Assembly (NCBI GenBank): GCA_043734785.1
Contig: JAYTEX010000175.1
Location: 704 to 64,703, forward strand
Direction of reading: 5' to 3'
DNA: 64,000 nucleotides
From: Pseudomonadota bacterium
Lineage (GTDB): Bacteria > Pseudomonadota > Gammaproteobacteria > Ga0077536
Under the pieces are notes generated by a model. The model did not search any database. It worked only from the letters and a program-made list of their open reading frames with translations, and was not told the origin of the DNA. Both the position numbers and the translations under genes were made by a program. Below, one piece after another: positions 58,656-64,000 of this stretch. Position 1 is the first letter of the stretch, and every line of letters starts with the position of its first letter.

Positions 58656-59096
58656 TCAACATCCCTTGCGCAGTACGACCCGCGAGGCACCCGTGCGCGG
58701 CAGCGTAATCTGCACGCCCTTATCCGGTCGGTCCGTCGCGCTGAGGCACATGAAGGCCGAGCGCTCACCGGTCCACCGCAAGCCAATATTCCTTTTCGTG
58801 AAAGGAACGCCATCATACGCAAGCTCGGTCTTTAGCAACTGCTCTCGGGTGTCTGCTTTTTGATCGTGCAGCTCCAGCGCGATATGGTAGGGACCGTGGG
58901 GCAACCACGGCTCGATGACATAAGCGGTCAGGGTGTAGTCGCTGTGAGGGGATAAAGCAGTCTCAAAAACGCTGGTTCTGCTCGCTTCCGAGCAACCCGT
59001 GGTGATCCATGCTGCAAGCAAAAGGGTCACGGCGCAGCGTCGCCACGCGCAATACGCCTGTCGCGCACACCACTGGGGACAGCGCTGGCTAGACAC
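58656..59096 (-). CDS. hypothetical lipoprotein
   Basis: It has a lipobox-like LLLAAWITTGC. The start is uncertain. The ATG at 59096 overlaps the stop of the upstream gene. Confidence 0.4.
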   Translation of the reverse strand: MSSQRCPQWCARQAYCAWRRCAVTLLLAAWITTGCSEASRTSVFETALSPHSDYTLTAYVIEPWLPHGPYHIALELHDQKADTREQLLKTELAYDGVPFTKRNIGLRWTGERSAFMCLSATDRPDKGVQITLPRTGASRVVLRKGC

Positions 59097-60097
59097 TATT
59101 TCAACAACGCCCGGAGCGCGTTATCAATGAAGGCGTTATCGGGCGCGGACAATCCAAATCCTGCACCGTGTCCCCAGACCGATGGAATTGGCCGACATTC
59201 CGCGTGCGGCATCAGGCGCACCTCTGCTTCATTATCGGCGACTCGAAAGTAGAGATCGGTCTCGCTCGGCATCACGATCGCCCGGCATTTAATCGCACCC
59301 AACGCGCGTATGAAGTCTTCCTTGAACACAGGATTGGCGCTGATATCGCCATTCAACCAGGTGCTCGCCATTGCCAACAGGTTATTCGCATCATTTTGCA
59401 GAAAGTAATTCTGGGTCAATAACACGACGTCTTGCCGTGCGCCTAGGCCCAACTCGCGATAGTGTGCGCCGCGCATGAAGTCCTGCGAGAACAGCCAGGC
59501 AGCATAAACCTTGCCAAAAGTGAGCATGCCACGCAACGGCGGTGATTCGTACCAGCCATCCTTGAAATCAGGGTCGAGACGCAGTGTCGCCATCGCACTG
59601 TCCACAAACAAATAGTTGTGATCGGATATACGAGCGGTCGCGCAAATTGGGGCGATTGCGTCGATAAGGTCCGGAAATAACGCGCCCCATTGGAAGGCTT
59701 GCATTCCCCCCATCGAGAACCCGGTGACTAACCGGATTTTCTTGACCTTCAAGTGTTCGGTCAGCAACTTGTGCTGACAGATAACGTTGTCGTACAGACC
59801 CACCAGCGGAAACGCGCCCCTGCCATAAGGTGCTGGGGTATTGTGGGGCGAACTGGAACAACCGTTGCCAAACATGTTCACAATGACGACGAAGTACTTG
59901 CGGGTATCGATGACTCTGCCGGACGCCAGCATGAACTCCGTTTCAGTGTGCCGACCACCGTAGAAGGTGGGGATCACGATGGCGTTGTCGCGCGCCTTCG
60001 AAAGTTTGCCGAAGGTCTTGTAAGCAAGCTTCAGGTCGAGCGTGACCCCGGATTGCAACGTGTATTTGGGGATCTCGAATACTTCGTGGTCAGCCAT
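59096..60097 (-). CDS. MetX-like alpha/beta hydrolase (homoserine O-acetyltransferase family fold)
   Basis: It has GFSMGGMQAFQW (nucleophile elbow), a YFVVIVNMFGNGCSSSP region, and a C-terminal His region, at about 330 aa. Confidence 0.75.
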   Translation of the reverse strand: MADHEVFEIPKYTLQSGVTLDLKLAYKTFGKLSKARDNAIVIPTFYGGRHTETEFMLASGRVIDTRKYFVVIVNMFGNGCSSSPHNTPAPYGRGAFPLVGLYDNVICQHKLLTEHLKVKKIRLVTGFSMGGMQAFQWGALFPDLIDAIAPICATARISDHNYLFVDSAMATLRLDPDFKDGWYESPPLRGMLTFGKVYAAWLFSQDFMRGAHYRELGLGARQDVVLLTQNYFLQNDANNLLAMASTWLNGDISANPVFKEDFIRALGAIKCRAIVMPSETDLYFRVADNEAEVRLMPHAECRPIPSVWGHGAGFGLSAPDNAFIDNALRALLK

Positions 60098-60130
60098 CTG
60101 TGGTGCTCCTGTTACGGTTGTTCACACGCG

Positions 60131-60478
60131 CTAGTGCGGCATCGACTTCGACAACAAGGTCAGGACCAACACGCCGGCGAGGATCAGACCGATCCCGAAA
60201 AAGGCCGACGCGTCCAGGTTCTGGCGATAGAGTACCCAGGCAATCAACATCACGAACACCTGCCCCACGCCGGACCAGATAGCGTATGCGATGCCGACCG
60301 GAATGGTACGCAAGGTCAGGCTCAAGAAATAAAATGCCGCCGAATACCCTACGACCACCAGCAGCGAAGGCCCCAAGGCCTTAAATCCATCGGCCGCCTT
60401 CAGCGCTGAGGTCGCGATGACTTCGCAGAAGATGGCGATTCCTAAATAGAAGTAGTGCAAGCACGCGCGCCCTGGCAA
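60131..60478 (-). CDS. SMR-family small multidrug resistance transporter (EmrE/QacE-like)
   Basis: It has 4 TM and the conserved membrane-embedded Glu in FCEVIATSALKA. It ends ...LILAGVLVLTLLSK. The true start is probably a few codons downstream of the annotated Met. Confidence 0.8.
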   Translation of the reverse strand: MPGRACLHYFYLGIAIFCEVIATSALKAADGFKALGPSLLVVVGYSAAFYFLSLTLRTIPVGIAYAIWSGVGQVFVMLIAWVLYRQNLDASAFFGIGLILAGVLVLTLLSKSMPH

Positions 60479-60556
60479 TAGGTGACCATGATTATACTCA
60501 TCACTGCGGCAAATCTTTGACCTGACGAACTGGCGTTGTAATGCTAGCCTTCAGCA

Positions 60557-62185
60557 ATGGAATTCAGGGCTTTGATACGTCGTTTTTTTGACCGTCACGT
60601 GCGCGAACTGCCGCGCCATTTCCGCGTTGCCTACCTGCCGCCGCTCATGGTTTACCTGGCAGCGGGGGTGTCCGGCCTTACCGCCATCGTTGGCACATTT
60701 TTCGTCAAGGATTCACTGGGCCTCTCAGCCGCGTTTCTGGCGGCGATCGGGTTTTGGGCAGGGATCCCGTGGGCGCTCAAGATGCCGATGGGTCATCTCG
60801 TCGACTTGTTGTGGCATCAAAAGGGCTGGTTCGTCCTGCTTGGTGCGAGCCTGATCGGAATAAGCCTGCTCATCATGCTGGGCTTGCTGGGCGCACCGGA
60901 CGACATGCGCGGAATTCTCTCGCTTGAGCATTGGTACGTGCTTGCCGCGCTGTTATCGCCGATCGGCTACATGATGCAGGATACGGTCGCGGATGCGATG
61001 ACCGTCGAAGCCGTGCCCACGGTGGACGATCAGGGCAATCCGCTGCCGCCTGAACAGCGGCGACTGATGAACACCACCATGCAGACTTTAGGGCGTATCG
61101 CCATTATTAGCGGTGGCGTGCTCGTCTCATTGGCGAACGTTATTCTTTTCGCAGGCGTTGATCAAAATGATCCGCTGGCCACGCGCGAGGTGTATCTGGA
61201 TATCTATCAACTGGCGCTATTGATCCCGCTCATTTCTGTCGCAGGCGTCGCGCTGGCGGCCTTCCTGAAGGCGCAGCAGTTACGCGCGCTTATCCATAAG
61301 GGGTGGACGCGGGCCGCGGCACTCGCGACGCTCGCGAAACATCCCGATGCGGTGCGGCCGAACTGGGGGATCCTCGGTGGTAGCGCAGCGTTTGTGGTCC
61401 TCACCATCGCCGTTGGCACCTCTTCCCTCGCCTTGGGGCAAGAACTGATTTTTGCCGGTTCCTTCACGGTCATCAGTTATCTGATGTGGCGCCTACTCCG
61501 CGAGCTATCGGAAGACGCGCGACGCACCTTGCTTGGGACTGCGATTATTATCTTCGTGTTTCGCGCGATTCCGGGCACCGGCGCCGGCAGTACCTGGTGG
61601 ATGATCGACACCTTGGGTTTTGACCAGGCTTTTCTGGCTCGCCTTTCATTGATCTCCAGCATCCTGACCTTGGTCGGTCTTTTTGCGTTCCGAAGACTGA
61701 TGGCGGAGCGCTCGATCATCTACATTGTGGCTATCCTGACGGTCGCCGGATTCATCCTCGGGTTGCCAATCCTCGGGATGTATTACGGTCTCCATGAATG
61801 GACTGCGCAACTGACGCATGGCGTCGTAGACGCGCGCTTTATCGCGCTGATCGACACCGCGTTAGAGTCGCCATTGGGCCAGATTTCGATGGTGCCCTTG
61901 CTGGCCTGGATCGCCAACTCGGCACCTGCCCACCTGAAAGCCACCTTCTTTGCAGTCATGGCGTCGTTTACCAATCTCGCACTGTCCGCGTCCCAGCTTG
62001 GGACGAAGTATCTGAATCAGGTGTTTGAAGTCACTCGAGAGATCAGGGATGCCGGGGGCATGCTCGTCACCCCGGCGGATTACACGCAGCTTGGCAATCT
62101 GTTGCTTATCGTCAGCACACTGGCGCTCGTTCTGCCATGCCTCGCGATTATCATCACGCGCGCGTTGAAGCTTAGCAGTGCGTAG
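60557..62185 (+). CDS. MFS-type membrane transporter, folate-biopterin transporter (BT1)-like
   Basis: It has about 12 TM. The N-terminal pattern YLAAGVSGLTAIVGTFFVKDSLGLSAAF is reminiscent of the FBT family. Confidence 0.55.
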   Translation: MEFRALIRRFFDRHVRELPRHFRVAYLPPLMVYLAAGVSGLTAIVGTFFVKDSLGLSAAFLAAIGFWAGIPWALKMPMGHLVDLLWHQKGWFVLLGASLIGISLLIMLGLLGAPDDMRGILSLEHWYVLAALLSPIGYMMQDTVADAMTVEAVPTVDDQGNPLPPEQRRLMNTTMQTLGRIAIISGGVLVSLANVILFAGVDQNDPLATREVYLDIYQLALLIPLISVAGVALAAFLKAQQLRALIHKGWTRAAALATLAKHPDAVRPNWGILGGSAAFVVLTIAVGTSSLALGQELIFAGSFTVISYLMWRLLRELSEDARRTLLGTAIIIFVFRAIPGTGAGSTWWMIDTLGFDQAFLARLSLISSILTLVGLFAFRRLMAERSIIYIVAILTVAGFILGLPILGMYYGLHEWTAQLTHGVVDARFIALIDTALESPLGQISMVPLLAWIANSAPAHLKATFFAVMASFTNLALSASQLGTKYLNQVFEVTREIRDAGGMLVTPADYTQLGNLLLIVSTLALVLPCLAIIITRALKLSSA

Positions 62186-62228
62186 TCATGCGCCTTCTTC
62201 TGGCGTACTCTCTGGCAACCTTCCCGAC

Positions 62229-62966
62229 TTACTGGAACAAGGCTTTCAAGCTGCCGATATCCTGCAGGTTGGCCCCGACCACCAATACGGCATAGGCGAG
62301 CGCCCCAAAATAGACGAGGGTGGCCAGCACCATCAGATACCCAAACAGAACGAAGACACCGTCGCGCTGTACCATACCCGCCGCGAGCAGCAACACCGCC
62401 ACGCCTGGAAAAGTATTCGAGAAGGGCACAAACCCCAGTGGGAACAGCAAGAGCGTCCCCGCTACCACGATCATCACCCCATTGACGCGATTGAGCGTGG
62501 CGCCGTGGGTAAGCGCCAAGAGTCGAGGTTGAATCACCTTATCAATCCGACGCATCAAACTGACCCCTTTATCCATGGCGGGCAGCAGATTCTCCACGGC
62601 GATCGTGTGCTTTAGCAGACGCACCGGTAACCACGGCATTCTATTCAGCACCACGCCGACGCCCACCAGAATAACCACGAGACTGAACACCGTGCTGACG
62701 CCCGGAATCGAGACTGGCAGTAGGAACGGCACCATTAGCAGCATCACGAACAGCAGCAACCCTTGTTCGCCGATCAGTTCGAGCAGGTGACCGAGCGTTA
62801 TCTGCTCGCCTCGGATCGATTGTCGAACCTCAAGCAGAGTCTGCGACAAGCTCCGTGTGGGATGTTGGAAGCGGACGGTCATGGTATTTCGGGCATCAAT
62901 CCGCGCCCCCACCGAATGGCGCATAGCGGCCAGCGTGCGCGCGATGGCCGCTATGCGTAACGTCAC
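62229..62966 (-). CDS. ExoD-family membrane protein (exopolysaccharide synthesis-related)
   Basis: GEQITLGHLLELIGEQGLLLFVMLLMVPFLLPVSIPGVSTVFSLVVIL... matches the ExoD topology and motifs. The likely start is the internal Met (MTVRF...). Confidence 0.65.
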   Translation of the reverse strand: MTLRIAAIARTLAAMRHSVGARIDARNTMTVRFQHPTRSLSQTLLEVRQSIRGEQITLGHLLELIGEQGLLLFVMLLMVPFLLPVSIPGVSTVFSLVVILVGVGVVLNRMPWLPVRLLKHTIAVENLLPAMDKGVSLMRRIDKVIQPRLLALTHGATLNRVNGVMIVVAGTLLLFPLGFVPFSNTFPGVAVLLLAAGMVQRDGVFVLFGYLMVLATLVYFGALAYAVLVVGANLQDIGSLKALFQ

Positions 62967-64000
62967 TTCGCACGGCGCGCGGCCCTTTCAGTTTCGTGCT
63001 TCGTCGTCATTGCCTCGAGTGCCTGACGCTGCTGCTCAACCAGCTCCTGGCGCTGCGCACTGGCCCTGACTTGCGCATTAATCGTGGGGTGTGCTTGCCC
63101 TTGGAATTCCGGCATCACATCGCTCGCGAATAACTCAAAACTGCGCCGGGTAGCCGCAGGGCTCGCCCATTCGTGCGCCAGCATCAAAAACGCACCAAAT
63201 CCACCATTAGACTGGGCCACGAGGCGATCAATCTGTGCCTTACAATCCTCCGGCGTACCAATCACCCCGAGGCCAGAGCCCGTGACAAACTCGATCATCT
63301 CCGCCACGCTATCACCGCTGACAGTCATATGCGGAAGTCCGGCGACAGTCTTGAAATAGTTGAACCATTGCGCGATCCCGTACTCGACGTCCTTGCGCGC
63401 TTGTTCCCGTGTCTCGGCGCAATGTACGGGCCCAACGAGCCGCCATTTATTGCGATCTGCCTGCGTGCCGTAATGCGCAGCTTGCTCTTCCATGACATTC
63501 CAGTGCTGGCCCAAGACATCAAACCCGGCCGCTTGCGTCGCGCCCAGCGAGAGCAAACCGACGCCATGCTTACCCGCCAGTCGCGGGCCCGACGGTGAGG
63601 CCACGGCCGCGACCGCAATATCGAACAGTGGGTTTGAATACGGACGCAGGTGAAGATGGGCGTCACGCAGTTCCCAGCGGTGGTTCTTGAAGTTGACCGG
63701 TTCATCGCTCGTCAGCAATTGCATGACAAGGTCAAATCCTTGCTCGAGAAGTTCCCGCGTTTCTGCTTGCGGAATTCCAATCATGGCCGCATCGGTAGGC
63801 AATGACCCAGGCCCGGCCCCGAACATGATTCGGCCCTGTGTGAGGTGGTCAAGCAGGACCAACCGCTCCGCAATCCACAGGGGATGATGGTAACCGACAC
63901 TAATGACCCCGGTGCCAAGCTTGATTCGACGTGTGCGCTCCGCGGCGGCAGCAATGAAGACCTCTGGGGATGCAATGATCTCCATGCCGGCCGAATGATG
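62963..64000 (-). CDS. LLM-class flavin-dependent oxidoreductase, 5'-partial (continues beyond window end)
   Basis: It has the luciferase-like TIM-barrel pattern (IKLGTGVISVGYHHPLWIAERL...GRIMFGAGPG...). The frame is open to position 64000. Confidence 0.8.
   Translation of the reverse strand, partial: HHSAGMEIIASPEVFIAAAAERTRRIKLGTGVISVGYHHPLWIAERLVLLDHLTQGRIMFGAGPGSLPTDAAMIGIPQAETRELLEQGFDLVMQLLTSDEPVNFKNHRWELRDAHLHLRPYSNPLFDIAVAAVASPSGPRLAGKHGVGLLSLGATQAAGFDVLGQHWNVMEEQAAHYGTQADRNKWRLVGPVHCAETREQARKDVEYGIAQWFNYFKTVAGLPHMTVSGDSVAEMIEFVTGSGLGVIGTPEDCKAQIDRLVAQSNGGFGAFLMLAHEWASPAATRRSFELFASDVMPEFQGQAHPTINAQVRASAQRQELVEQQRQALEAMTTKHETERAARRAK

Overview
This is a high-GC (about 65%) proteobacterial-type chromosomal segment of roughly 60 genes, with no rRNA, tRNA or CRISPR arrays. 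It reads as an accessory-like region mixing lipid-catabolic genes with mobile elements.

1. Second-messenger signalling: a cNMP-binding/GGDEF diguanylate cyclase at the 5' edge, and a membrane protein with a degenerate GGDEF (RYDDHK) plus a C-terminal cupin.

2. A large CoA-dependent lipid, isoprenoid or sterol-like catabolic set: fatty-acid hydroxylase/sterol desaturase, three acyl-CoA dehydrogenases, two thiolases, aldehyde dehydrogenase, two family-III CoA-transferases (one AMACR-like), a double-hotdog MaoC hydratase, SCP2, an HSD17B10-like SDR, several luciferase-like (LLM) monooxygenases with a flavin reductase, and alpha/beta hydrolases.

3. The candidate undescribed system: an envelope gene cluster on the minus strand (24229..31353) encoding a DUF1302 outer-membrane beta-barrel, two DUF1329 paralogues, a periplasmic HEAT-repeat protein and a NUDIX hydrolase. 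It is bracketed by two copies of a roughly 100-bp conserved non-coding element that carries a short conserved uORF. A divergently transcribed LLM monooxygenase/flavin reductase/Ycf48-like BNR operon sits alongside. The best reading is a hydrophobic-substrate capture and oxidation system in an unusual configuration.

4. Mobile and selfish DNA: three copies of a MITE-like element with TAGTCGTCCCTGAAAA terminal inverted repeats and 29-bp internal tandem subrepeats; a HigB-HigA module; and a ParE-type toxin/antitoxin pair enclosed by direct repeats that each contain a 26-bp-arm perfect palindrome plus CTGATTTCC iterons.

5. Gene-decay signals: an APC permease split by a 1-bp frameshift in a G9 tract, and an N-terminally truncated, frameshifted COG4941 sigma-factor remnant beside an intact DGPF partner gene.

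6. Housekeeping genes near the 3' half: pyrC, bioA, ald, fkpA-like, rnd, prc, an RND efflux pair, an SMR transporter, tag, and ExoD.

All calls rest on reading the translated ORFs and the nucleotide sequence by eye; no database searches were run.
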